This document shows, in pieces, positions 49,201-64,000 of a stretch of DNA of 64,000 nt. Position 1 is the first letter of the stretch. Every line of letters begins with the position of its first letter. The stretch is taken from NCBI RefSeq assembly GCF_009914755.1, contig NC_060937.1; one strand, 5' to 3'. The notes under the pieces were generated by a model. It did no database searches. It saw only the letters and a program-made list of their open reading frames with translations, and was not told the origin of the DNA. The DNA is from the human T2T-CHM13v2.0 reference genome, Homo sapiens. Position numbers and translations under genes: made by a program.

Positions 49201-52200
49201 AAAGTACCCAAGGTATATATTCTATACTGTACAAAAAATATCAAAGTACCCAAAGCATGTATTATATAGTGTATATAAAATATGAAAGTACATCAAATAT
49301 ATATTTAATTCTGTACATAAAATATCAAAGTACACCAAATATATATTCTATAGTGTACATTAAATATCAAACTACCCAAACTATACATTATATACTGTAC
49401 ATAAAATATGAAATTACATCAAATATATATTATATTAGGTACATAAAATATGAAAGTACATCAAATATAGATTATACACTGTACATAAAATACCAAAGAA
49501 CCCCAAATATATATTATATACTGTACATGAAATATCAAAGTTCACAAACTATATATTATATACTGTACATAAAATATCAAAGTACCCAAGGTATATATTC
49601 TATACTGTACAAAAAATATCAAAGTACCCAAAGCATGTATTATATAGTGTATATAAAATATGAAAGTACATCAAATATATATTTAATTCTGTACATAAAA
49701 TATCAAAGTACACCAAATATATATTCTATACTGTACATAAAATATCAAAGTACCCAAACTATACATTATATACTGTACATAAAATATGAAATTACATCAA
49801 ATATATATTATATTAGGTACATAAAATATGAAAGTACATCAAATATAGATTATACACTGTACATAAAATACCAAAGAACCCCAAATATATATTATATACT
49901 GTACATGAAATATCAAAGTTCACAAACTATATATTATATACTGTACATAAAATATCAAAGTACCCAAGGTATATATTCTATACTGTACAAAAAATATCAA
50001 AGTTCCCAAAGCATGTATTATATACTGTTAATAAAATATGAAAGTACATCAAATATATATTTAATTCTGTACATAAAATATCAAAGTACACCAAATATAT
50101 ATTCTATAGTGTACATAAAATATCAAAGTACCCAAACTATACATTATATACTGTACATAAAATATGAAATTACATCAAATATATATTATATTAGGTACAT
50201 AAAATATGAAAGTACATCAAATATAGATTATATACTGTACATAAAATACCAAAGTACCCCAAATACATATTATATACTGTACATGAAATATCAAAGTTCA
50301 CAAACTATATATTGTATACTGTACATAAAATATCAAAGTACCGAAGGGATATATTCTATACTGTACAAAAAATATCAAAGTACCCAAAGCATGTATTATA
50401 TACTGTACATAAAATATGAAAGTACATGAAATATATATTTTATTCTGTACATAAAATATCAAAGTACACCAAATATATATTCTATAGTGTACATAAAATA
50501 TCAAAGTACCCAGACTATACATTATATACTGTACATAAAACATGAAATTACATCCAATATATATTATATTAGGTACATAAAATATGAAAGTACATCAAAT
50601 ATAAATTATATACTGTACATAAAATACCAAAGAACCCCAAATATATATTATATACTGTACATGAAATATCAAAGTTCACAAACTATATATTATATACTGT
50701 ACATAAAATATCAAAGTACCCAAGGTATATATTCTATACTGTACAAAAAATATCAAAGTACCCAAAGCATGTATTATATAGTGTATATAAAATATGAAAG
50801 TACATCAAATATATATTTAATTCTGTACATAAAATATCAAAGTACACCAAATATATATTCTATACTGTACATAAAATATCAAAGTACCCAAACTATACAT
50901 TATATACTGTACATAAAATATGAAATTACATCAAATATATATTATATTAGGTACATAAAATATGAAAGTACATCAAATATAGATTATACACTCTACATAA
51001 AATACCAAAGAACCCCAAATATATATTATATACTGTACATGAAATATCAAAGTTCACAAACTATATATTATATACTGTACATAAAATATCAAAGTACCCA
51101 AGGTATATATTCTATACTGTACAAAAAATATCAAAGTTCCCAAAGCATGTATTATATACTGTTAATAAAATATGAAAGTACATCAAATATATATTTAATT
51201 CTGTACATAAAATATCAAAGTACACCAAATATATATTCTATAGTGTACATAAAATATCAAAGTACCCAAACTATACATTATATACTGTACATAAAATATG
51301 AAATTACATCAAATATATATTTTATTAGGTACATAAAATATGAAAGTACATCAAATATAGATTATATACTGTACATAAAATACCAAAGTACCCCAAATAC
51401 ATATTATATACTGTACATGAAATATCAAAGTTCACAAACTATATATTGTATACTGTACATAAAATATCAAAGTACCGAAGGGATATATTCTATACTGTAC
51501 AAAAAATATCAAAGTACCCAAAGCATGTATTATATACTGTACATAAAATATGAAAGTACATGAAATATATATTTTATTCTGTACATAAAATATCAAAGTA
51601 CACCAAATATATATTCTATAGTGTACATAAAATATCAAAGTACCCAAACTGTACACTACATACTGTACATAAAACATGAAATTACATCCAATATATATTA
51701 TATTAGGTACATAAAATATGAAAGTACATCAAATATAAATTATATACTGTACATAAAATACCAAAGAACCCCAAATATATATTATATACTGTACATGAAA
51801 TATCAAAGTTCACAAACTATATATTATATACTGTACATAAAATATCAAAGTACCCAAGGTATATATTCTATACTGTACAAAAAATATCAAAGTTCCCAAA
51901 GCATGTATTATATACTGTTAATAAAATATGAAAGTACATCAAATATATATTTAATTCTGTACATAAAATATCAAAGTACACCAAATATATATTCTATAGT
52001 GTACATAAAATATCAAAGTACCCAAACTATACATTATATACTGTACATAAAATATGAAATTACATCAAATATATATTATATTAGGTACATAAAATATGAA
52101 AGTACATCAAATATATATTATATACTGTACATAAAATACCAAAGTACCCCAAATACATATTATATACTGTACATGAAATATCAAAGTTCACAAACTATAT

Positions 52201-55200
52201 ATTGTATACTGTACATAAAATATCAAAGTACCGAAGGGATATATTCTATACTGTAAAAAAATATCAAAGTACCCAAAGCATGTATTATATACTGTACATA
52301 AAATATGAAAGTACATGAAATATATATTTTATTCTGTACATAAAATATCAAAGTACACCAAATATATATTCTATAGTGTACATAAAATATCAAAGTACCC
52401 AGACTATACATTATATACTGTACATAAAACATGAAATTACATCCAATATATATTATATTAGGTACATAAAATATGAAAGTACATCAAATATAAATTATAT
52501 ACTGTACATAAAATACCAAAGTACCCCAAATATATATTATATACTGTAAATGAAATATCAAAGTTCACAAACTATATATTATATACTGTACATAAAATAT
52601 CAAAGTACCCAAGGTATATATTCTATACTGTACAAAAAATATCAAAGTACCCAAAGCATGTATTATATAGTGTATATAAAATATGAAAGTACATCAAATA
52701 TATATTTAATTCTGTACATAAAATATCAAAGTACACCAAATATATATTCTATAGTGTACATTAAATATCAAACTACCCAAACTATACATTATATACTGTA
52801 CATAAAATATGAAATTACATCAAATATATATTATATTAGGTACATAAAATATGAAAGTACATCAAATATAGATTATATACTGTACATAAAATACCAAAGA
52901 ACCCCAAATATATATTATATACTGTACATGAAATATCAAAGTTCACAAACTATATATTATATACTGTACATAAAATATCAAAGTACCCAAGGTATATATT
53001 CTATACTGTACAAAAAATATCAAAGTACCCAAAGCATCTATTATATAGTGTATATAAAATATGAAAGTACATCAAATATATATTTAATTCTGTACATAAA
53101 ATATCAAAGTACACCAAATATATATTCTATACTGTACATAAAATATCAAAGTACCCAAACTATACATTATATACTGTACATAAAATATGAAATTACATCA
53201 AATATATATTATATTAGGTACATAAAATATGAAAGTACATCAAATATAGATTATACACTGTACATAAAATACCAAAGAACCCCAAATCTATATTATATAC
53301 TGTACATGAAATATCAAAGTTCACAAACTATATATTATATACTGTACATAAAATATCAAAGTACCCAAGGTATATATTCTATACTGTACAAAAAATATCA
53401 AAGTTCCCAAAGCATGTATTATATACTGTTAATAAAATATGAAAGTACATCAAATATATATTTAATTCTGTACATAAAATATCAAAGTACACCAAATATA
53501 TATTCTATAGTGTACATAAAATATCAAAGTACCCAAACTATACATTATATACTGTACATAAAATATGAAATTACATCAAATATATATTATATTAGGTACA
53601 TAAAATATGAAAGTACATCAAATATATATTATATACTGTACATAAAATACCAAAGTACCCCAAATACATATTATATACTGTACATGAAATATCAAAGTTC
53701 ACAAACTATATATTGTATACTGTACATAAAATATCAAAGTACCGAAGGGATATATTCTATACTGTACAAAAAATATCAAAGTACCCAAAGCATGTATTAT
53801 ATACTGTACATAAAATATGAAAGTACATGAAATATATATTTTATTCTGTACATAAAATATCAAAGTACACCAAATATATATTCTATAGTGTACATAAAAT
53901 ATCAAAGTACCCAGACTATACATTATATACTGTACATAAAACATGAAATTACATCCAATATATATTATATTAGGTACATAAAATATGAAAGTACATCAAA
54001 TATAAATTATATACTGTACATAAAATACCAAAGTACCCCAAATATATATTATATACTGTACATGAAATATCAAAGTTCACAAACTATATATTATATACTG
54101 TACATAAAATATCAAAGTACCCAAGGTATATATTCTATACTGTACAAAAAATATCAAAGTACCCAAAGCATGTATTATATAGTGTATATAAAATATGAAA
54201 GTACATCAAATATATATTTAATTCTGTACATAAAATATCAAAGTACACCAAATATATATTCTATAGTGTACATTAAATATCAAACTACCCAAACTATACA
54301 TTATATACTGTACATAAAATATGAAATTACATCAAATATATATTATATTAGGTACATAAAATATGAAAGTACATCAAATATAGATTATACACTGTACATA
54401 AAATACCAAAGAACCCCAAATATATATTATATACTGTACATGAAATATCAAAGTTCACAAACTATATATTATATACTGTACATAAAATATCAAAGTACCC
54501 AAGGTATATATTCTATACTGTACAAAAAATATCAAAGTACCCAAAGCATGTATTATATAGTGTATATAAAATATGAAAGTACATCAAATATATATTTAAT
54601 TCTGTACATAAAATATCAAAGTACACCAAATATATATTCTATACTGTACATAAAATATCAAAGTACCCAAACTATACATTATATACTGTACATAAAATAT
54701 GAAATTACATCAAATATATATTATATTAGGTACATAAAATATGAAAGTACATCAAATATACATTATATAATGTACATAAAATACCAAAGTACCCCAAATA
54801 TATATTATATACTGTACATGAAATATCAAAGTTCACAAACTATATATTATATACTGTACATAAAATATCAAAGTACCCAAGGTATATATTCTATACTGTA
54901 CAAAAAATATCAAAGTACCCAAAGCATGTATTATATACTGTACATAAAATATGAAAGTACATGAAATATATATTTTATTCTGTACATAAAATATCAAAGT
55001 ACACCAAATATATATTCTATAGTGTACATAAAATATCAAAGTACCCAGACTATACATTATATACTGTACATAAAACATGAAATTACATCCAATATATATT
55101 ATATTTGGTACATAAAATATGAAAGTACATCAAATATAAATTATATACTGTACATAAAATACCAAAGTACCCCAAATATATATTATATACTGTACATGAA

Positions 55201-58200
55201 ATATCAAAGTTCACAAACTATATATTATATACTGTACATAAAATATCAAAATACCCAAGGTATATATTCTATACTGTACAAAAAATATCAAAGTTCCCAA
55301 AGCATGTATTATATACTGTTAGTAAAATATGAAAGTACATCAAATATATATTTAATTCTGTACATAAAATATCAAAGTACACCAAATATATATTCTATAG
55401 TGTACATAAAATATCAAAGTACCCAAACTATACATTATATACTGTACATAAAATATGAAATTACATCAAATATATATTATATTAGGTACATAAAATATGA
55501 AAGTACATCAAATATATATTATATACTGTACATAAAATACCAAAGTACCCCAAATACATATTATATACTGTACATGAAATATCAAAGTTCACAAACTATA
55601 TATTGTATACTGTACATAAAATATCAAAGTACCGAAGGGATATATTCTATACTGTACTAAAAATATCAAAGTACCCAAAGCATGTATTATATACTGTACA
55701 TAAAATATGAAAGTACATGAAATATATATTTTATTCTGTACATAAAATATCAAAGTACACCAAATATATATTCTATAGTGTACATAAAATATCAAAGTAC
55801 CCAGACTATACATTATATACTGTACATAAAACATGAAATTACATCCAATATATATTATATTAGGTACATAAAATATGAAAGTACATCAAATATAAATTAT
55901 ATACTGTACATAAAATACCAAAGTACCCCAAATATATATTATATACTGTACATGAAATATCAAAGTTCACAAACTATATATTATATACTGTACATAAAAT
56001 ATCAAAGTACCCAAGGTATATATTCTATACTGTACAAAAAATATCAAAGTACCCAAAGCATGTATTATATAGTGTATATAAAATATGAAAGTACATCAAA
56101 TATATATTTAATTCTGTACATAAAATATCAAAGTACACCAAATATATATTCTATAGTGTACATTAAATATCAAACTACCCAAACTATACATTATATACTG
56201 TACATAAAATGTGAAATTACATCAAATATATATTATATTAGGTACATAAAATATGAAAGTACATCAAATATAGATTATACACTGTACATAAAATACCAAA
56301 GAACCCCAAATATATATTATATACTGTACATGAAATATCAAAGTTCACAAACTATATATTATATACTGTACATAAAATATCAAAGTACCCAAGGTATATA
56401 TTCTATACTGTACAAAAAAATCAAAGTACCCAAAGCATGTATTATATAGTGTATATAAAATATGAAAGTACATCAAATATATATTTAATTCTGTACATAA
56501 AATATCAAAGTACACCAAATATATATTCTATAGTGTACATAAAATATCAAAGTACCCAAACTATACATTATATACTGTACATAAAATATGAAATTACATC
56601 AAATATATATTATATTAGGTACATAAAATATGAAAGTACATCAAATATAGATTATACACTGTACATAAAATACCAAAGAACCCCAAATATATATTATATA
56701 CTGTACATGAAATATCAAAGTTCACAAACTATATATTATATACTGTACATAAAATATCAAAGTACCCAAGGTATATATTCTATACTGTACAAAAAATATC
56801 AAAGTTCCCAAAGCATGTATTATATACTGTTAATAAAATATGAAAGTACATCAAATATATATTTAATTCTGTACATAAAATATCAAAGTACACCAAATAT
56901 ATATTCTATAGTGTACATAAAATATCAAAGTACCCAAACTATACATTATATACTGTACATAAAATATGAAATTACATCAAATATATATTATATTAGGTAC
57001 ATAAAATATGAAAGTACATCAAATATAGATTATATACTGTACATAAAATACCAAAGTACCCCAAATACATATTATATACTGTACATGAAATATCAAAGTT
57101 CACAAACTATATATTGTATACTGTACATAAAATATCAAAGTACCGAAGGGATATATTCTATACTGTACAAAAAATATCAAAGTACCCAAAGCATGTATTA
57201 TATACTGTACATAAAATATGAAAGTACATGAAATATATATTTTATTCTGTACATAAAATATCAAAGTACACCAAATATATATTCTATAGTGTACATAAAA
57301 TATCAAAGTACCCAGACTATACATTATATACTGTACATAAAACATGAAATTACATCCAATATATATTATATTAGGTACATAAAATATGAAAGTACATCAA
57401 ATATAAATTATATACTGTACATAAAATACCAAAGTACCCCAAATATATATTATATACTGTACATGAAATATCAAAGTTCACAAACTATATATTATATACT
57501 GTACATAAAATATCAAAGTACCCAAGGTATATATTCTATACTGTACAAAAAATATCAAAGTACCCAAAGCATGTATTATATAGTGTATATAAAATATGAA
57601 AGTACATCAAATATATATTTAATTCTGTACATAAAATATCAAAGTACACCAAATATATATTCTATAGTGTACATTAAATATCAAACTACCCAAACTATAC
57701 ATTATATACTGTACATAAAATATGAAATTACATCAAATATATATTATATTAGGTACATAAAATATGAAAGTACATCAAATATAGATTATACACTGTACAT
57801 AAAATACCAAAGAACCCCAAATATATATTATATACTGTACATGAAATATCAAAGTTCACAAACTATATATTATATACTGTACATAAAATATCAAAGTACC
57901 CAAGGTATATATTCTATACTGTACAAAAAATATCAAAGTACCCAAAGCATGTATTATATAGTGTATATAAAATATGAAAGTACATCAAATATATATTTAA
58001 TTCTGTACATAAAATATCAAAGTACACCAAATATATATTCTATACTGTACATAAAATATCAAAGTACCCAAACTATACATTATATACTGTACATAAAATA
58101 TGAAATTACATCAAATATATATTATATTAGGTACATAAAATATGAAAGTACATCAAATATAGATTATACACTGTACATAAAATACCAAAGAACCCCAAAT

Positions 58201-61200
58201 ATATATTATATACTGTACATGAAATATCAAAGTTCACAAACTATATATTATATAATGTACATAAAATATCAAAGTACCCAAGGTATATATTCTATACTGT
58301 ACAAAAAATATCAAAGTACGCAAACATGTATTATATACTGTACATAAAATATGAAATTACATCAAATATATATTATATTAGGTACATAAAATATGAAAGT
58401 ACATCAAATATACATTATATAATGTACATAAAATACCAAAGTACCCCAAATATATATTATATACTGTACATGAAATATCAAAGTTCACAAACTATATATT
58501 ATATACTGTACATAAAATATCAAAGTACCGAAGGGATATATTCTATAATGTACAAAAAATATCAAAGTACCCAAAGCATGTATTATATACTGTACATAAA
58601 ATATGAAAGTACATGAAATATATATTTTATTCTGTACATAAAATATCAAAGTACACCAAATATATATTCTATAGTGTACATAAAATATCAAAGTACCCAG
58701 ACTATACATTATATACTGTACATAAAACATGAAATTACATCCAATATATATTATATTTGGTACATAAAATATGAAAGTACATCAAATATAAATTATATAC
58801 TGTACATAAAATACCAAAGTACCCCAAATATATATTATATACTGTACATGAAATATCAAAGTTCACAAACTATATAATATATACTGTACATAAAATATCA
58901 AAGTACCCAAGGTATATATTCTATACTGTACAAAAAATATCAAAGTACCCAAAGCATGTATTATATACTGTTAATAAAATATGAAAGTACATCAAATATA
59001 TATTTTATTCTGTACATAAAATATCAAAGTACACCAAATATATATTCTATAGTGTACATAAAATATCAAAGTACCCAAACTATACATTATATACTGTACA
59101 TAAAATATGAAATTACATCAAATATATATTATATTAGGTACATAAAATATGAAAGTACATCAAATATATATTATATACTGTACATAAAATACCAAAGTAC
59201 CCCAAATACATATTATATACTGTACATGAAATATCAAAGTTCACAAACTATATATTGTATACTGTACATAAAATATCAAAGTACCGAAGGGATATATTCT
59301 ATAGTGTACAAAAAATATCAAAGTACCCAAAGCATGTATTATATACTGTACATAAAATATGAAAGTACATGAAATATATATTTTATTCTGTACATAAAAT
59401 ATCAAAGTACACCAAATATATATTCTATAGTGTACATAAAATATCAAAGTACCCAGACTATACATTATATACTGTACATAAAACATGAAATTACATCCAA
59501 TATATATTATATTAGGTACATAAAATATGAAAGTACATCAAATATAAATTATATACTGTACATAAAATACCAAAGTACCCCAAATATATATCATATACTG
59601 TACATGAAATATCAAAGTTCACAAACTATATATTATATACTGTACATAAAATATCAAAGTACCCAAGGTATATATTCTATACTGTACAAAAAATATCAAA
59701 GTACCCAAAACATGTATTATATAGTGTATATAAAATATGAAAGTACATCAAATATATATTTAATTCTGTACATAAATTATCAAAGTACACCAAATATATA
59801 TTCTATAGTGTACATTAAATATCAAACTACCCAAACTATACATTATATACTGTACATAAAATATGAAATTACATCAAATATATATTATATTAGGTACATA
59901 AAATATGAAAGTACATCAAATATAGATTATACACTGTACATAAAATACCAAAGAACCCCAAATATATATTATATACTGTACATGAAATATCAAAGTTCAC
60001 AAACTATATATTATATACTGTACATAAAATATCAAAGTACCCAAGGTATATATTCTATACTGTACAAAAAATATCAAAGTACCCAAAGCATGTATTATAT
60101 AGTGTATATAAAATATGAAAGTACATCAAATATATATTTAATTCTGTACATAAAATATCAAAGTACACCAAATATATATTCTATACTGTACATAAAATAT
60201 CAAAGTACCCAAACTATACATTATATACTGTACATAAAATATGAAATTACATCAAATATATATTATATTAGGTACATAAAATATGAAAGTACATCAAATA
60301 TAGATTATACACTGCACATAAAATACCAAAGAACCCCAAATATATATTATATACTGTACATGAAATATCAAAGTTCACAAACTATATATTATATAATGTA
60401 CATAAAATATCAAAGTACCCAAGGTATATATTCTATACTGTACAAAAAATATCAAAGTACGCAAACATGTATTATATACTGTACATAAAATATGAAATTA
60501 CATCAAATATATATTATATTAGGTACATAAAATATGAAAGTACATCAAATATACATTATATAATGTACATAAAATACCAAAGTACCCCAAATATATATTA
60601 TATACTGTACATGAAATATCAAAGTTCACAAACTATATATTATATACTGTACATAAAATATCAAAGTACCGAAGGGATATATTCTATAATGTACAAAAAA
60701 TATCAAAGTACCCAAAGCATGTATTATATACTGTACATAAAATATGAAAGTACATGAAATATATATTTTATTCTGTACATAAAATATCAAAGTACACCAA
60801 ATATATATTCTATAGTGTACATAAAATATCAAAGTACCCAGACTATACATTATATACTGTACATAAAACATGAAATTACATCCAATATATATTATATTTG
60901 GTACATAAAATATGAAAGTACATCAAATATAAATTATATACTGTACATAAAATACCAAAGTACCCCAAATATATATTATATACTGTACATGAAATATCAA
61001 AGTTCACAAACTATATATTATATACTGTACATAAAATATCAAAGTACCCAAGGTATATATTCTATACTGTACAAAAAATATCAAAGTTCCCAAAGCATGT
61101 ATTATATACTGTTAATAAAATATGAAAGTACATCAAATATATATTTAATTCTGTACATAAAATATCAAAGTACACCAAATATATATTCTATAGTGTACAT

Positions 61201-63500
61201 AAAATATCAAAGTACCCAAACTATACATTATATACTGTACATAAAATATGAAATTACATCAAATATATATTATATTAGGTACATAAAATATGAAAGTACA
61301 TCAAATATAGATTATATACTGTACATAAAATACCAAAGTACCCCAAATACATATTATATACTGTACATGAAATATCAAAGTTCACAAACTATATATTGTA
61401 TACTGTACATAAAATATCAAAATACCGAAGGGATATATTCTATACTGTACAAAAAATATCAAAGTACCCAAAGCATGTATTATATACTGTACATAAAATA
61501 TGAAAGTACATGAAATATATATTTTATTCTGTACATAAAATATCAAAGTACACCAAATATATATTCTATAGTGTACATAAAATATCAAAGTACCCAGACT
61601 ATACATTATATACTGTACATAAAACATGAAATTACATCCAATATATATTATATTAGGTACATAAAATATGAAAGTACATCAAATATAAATTATATACTGT
61701 GCATAAAATACCAAAGTACCCCAAATATATATTATATACTGTACATGAAATATCAAAGTTCACAAACTATATATTATATACTGTACATAAAATATCAAAG
61801 TACCCAAGGTATATATTCTATACTGTACAAAAAATATCAAAGTACCCAAAGCATGTATTATATAGTGTATATAAAATATGAAAGTACATCAAATATATAT
61901 TTAATTCTGTACATAAAATATCAAAGTACACCAAATATATATTCTATAGTGTACATTAAATATCAAACTACCCAAACTATACATTATATACTGTACATAA
62001 AATATGAAATTACATCAAATATATATTATATTAGGTACATAAAATATGAAAGTACATCAAATATAGATTATACACTGTACATAAAATACCAAAGAACCCC
62101 AAATATATATTATATACTGTACATGAAATATCAAAGTTCACAAACTATATATTATATACTGTACATAAAATATCAAAGTACCCAAGGTATATATTCTATA
62201 CTGTACAAAAAATATCAAAGTACCCAAAGCATGTATTATATAGTGTATATAAAATATGAAAGTACATCAAATATATATTTAATTCTGTACATAAAATATC
62301 AAAGTACACCAAATATATATTCTATACTGTACATAAAATATCAAAGTACCCAAACTATACATTATATACTGTACATAAAATATGAAATTACATCAAATAT
62401 ATATTATATTAGGTACATAAAATATGAAAGTACATCAAATATAGATTATACACTGTACATAAAATACCAAAGAACCCCAAATATATATTATATACTGTAC
62501 ATGAAATATCAAAGTTCACAAACTATATATTATATAATGTACATAAAATATCAAAGTACCCAAGGTATATATTCCATACTGTACAAAAAATATCAAAGTA
62601 CGCAAACATGTATTATATACTGTACATAAAATATGAAATTACATCAAATATATATTATATTAGGTACATAAAATATGAAAGTACATCAAATATACATTAT
62701 ATAATGTACATAAAATACCAAAGTACCCCAAATATATATTATATACTGTACATGAAATATCAAAGTTCACAAACTATATATTGTATACTGTACATAAAAT
62801 ATCAAAGTACCGAAGGGATATATTCTATAATGTACAAAAAATATCAAAGTACCCAAAGCATGTATTATATACTGTACATAAAATATGAAAGTACATGAAA
62901 TATATATTTTATTCTGTACATAAAATATCAAAGTACACCAAATATATATTCTATAGTGTACATAAAATATCAAAGTACCCAGACTATACATTATATACTG
63001 TACATAAAACATGAAATTACATCCAATATATATTATATTTGGTACATAAAATATGAAAGTACATCAAATATAAATTATATACTGTACATAAAATACCAAA
63101 GTACCCCAAATATATATTATATACTGTACATGAAATATCAAAGTTCACAAACTATATATTATATACTGTACATAAAATATCAAAGTATCCAAGGTATATA
63201 TTCTATACTGTACAAAAAATATCAAAGTTCCCAAAACATGTATTATATACTGTTAATAAAATATGAAAGTACATCAAATATATATTTAATTCTGTACATA
63301 AAATATCAAAGTACACCAAATATATATTCTATAGTGTACATAAAATATCAAAGTACCCAAACTATACATTATATACTGTACATAAAATATGAAATTACAT
63401 CAAATATATATTATATTAGGTACATAAAATATGAAAGTACATCAAATATAGATTATATACTGTACATAAAATACCAAAGTACCCCAAATACATATTATAT
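43200..63500. repeat. Array domain D: 2141-bp super-repeat (6x378 - 127) and its shortened derivatives
   Basis: ORF offsets 44693/46834/48975 and 57289/59430/61571 equal 2141. Domain markers: TATTTAATTCTG, CTGTTAATAAAA, ACCGAAGGGATA, ACCCAGACTA, ACATCCAAT and GAAAGTACATGAAAT. Confidence 0.9.
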
Positions 63501-64000
63501 ACTGTACATGAAATATCAAAGTTCACAAACTATATATTATATACTGTACATAAAATATCAAAGTACCCAAGGTATATATTCTATACTGTACAAAAAATAT
63601 CAAAGTACCCAAAGGAAGTATTATATACTGTACATAAAATATGAAAGTACATCAAATATATATTTTATTCTGTACATAAAATATCAAAGTACACCAAATA
63701 TATATTCTATAGTGTACATAAAATATCAAAGTACCCAAACTATACATTATACACTGTACATAAAATATGAAATTACATCAAATATATATTATATTAGGTA
63801 CATAAAATATGAAAGTACATCAAATATAGATTATACACTGTACATAAAATACCAAAGAACCCCAAATATATAATATATACTGTACATGAAATATCAAAGT
63901 TCACAAACTATATATTATATACTGTACATAAAATATCAAAGTACCCAAGGTATATATTCTATACTGTACAAAAAATATGAAAGTACCCAAAGCATGTATT

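Larger units (their letters stand above)
1..64000. repeat. Tandem satellite array, human Satellite 1A (HSat1A / SAR / classical Satellite I): 42-bp monomer, 378-bp 9-mer higher-order repeat
   Basis: Seen: a continuous 42-bp period across the window, with GTAC about twice per monomer giving 17-bp (ACATAAAATAT[C/G]AAAGT) and 25-bp subunits. Nine distinguishable monomers recur every 378 bp (126-aa repeat in the ORF track, MKYQSSQT...STPNIYYILY). Known: this matches the described 17+25-bp RsaI structure and 378-bp periodicity of HSat1A. The family call is from recognition, not a database search, and the chromosome cannot be assigned from the window. Confidence 0.96.

Noticed and set aside
66-63012. 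Short hydrophobic minus-strand ORFs (68-81 aa, MYSLGTLIFY...)
   Set aside because: They appear only where a point variant removes a TGA in the antisense satellite frame, and they recur with the super-repeat period.
51-63873. Dozens of + strand ORFs (up to 1274 aa) resembling a repeat-protein gene family
   Set aside because: They are translations of a 42-bp satellite. There are no unique termini, ORF limits are set by random stops and indels that are copied with duplications, and no gene context exists.
1-64000. CRISPR-like alternation of a conserved 17-bp part and a more variable 25-bp part
   Set aside because: The 'spacers' are homologous to each other and cycle through nine fixed types. 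There is no leader and no cas gene.
1-64000. TATA-like boxes and short palindromes (TGTACA, TATATA, GTAC)
   Set aside because: These are intrinsic to every monomer of an AT-rich satellite, with no evidence of promoter or terminator function.
1-64000. Possible inversions, Alu/L1 insertions, alpha-satellite or CENP-B boxes, HSat1B/2/3 segments
   Set aside because: None seen. The array keeps one orientation and the same monomer family throughout, and no non-satellite stretch was found by eye.
63500-64000. Possible start of a fifth domain (CAAAGGAAGTA variant, loss of domain D markers)
   Set aside because: Only about 1.3 units are visible before the window ends, which is too little to support a call.

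Overview
The whole 64 kb window is one uninterrupted, single-orientation, very AT-rich tandem satellite. Its 42-bp monomer (approx. ACATAAAATATCAAAGT-ACCCAAACTATATATTATATACTGT, a 17-bp plus a 25-bp part separated by GTAC/RsaI sites) is organised into a 378-bp nine-monomer higher-order repeat. This matches human/primate classical Satellite I (HSat1A, Repbase 'SAR') of pericentromeric and acrocentric heterochromatin. I see no genes, RNA genes, transposons or CRISPR arrays. The long ORFs arise because 42 is divisible by 3 and one frame lacks stop codons. I found no new protein-coding or functional system. The real information is in the array architecture: four successive domains with their own diagnostic variants and super-periods (746 and 5779 bp; 2646 and 4914/5292 bp; 3275 bp; 2141 bp with 1512/1134/756-bp derivatives). 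Most structural variants add or remove exactly 3 monomers (126 bp). All periods were derived by hand from ORF-track offsets and marker variants, so domain boundaries are approximate.
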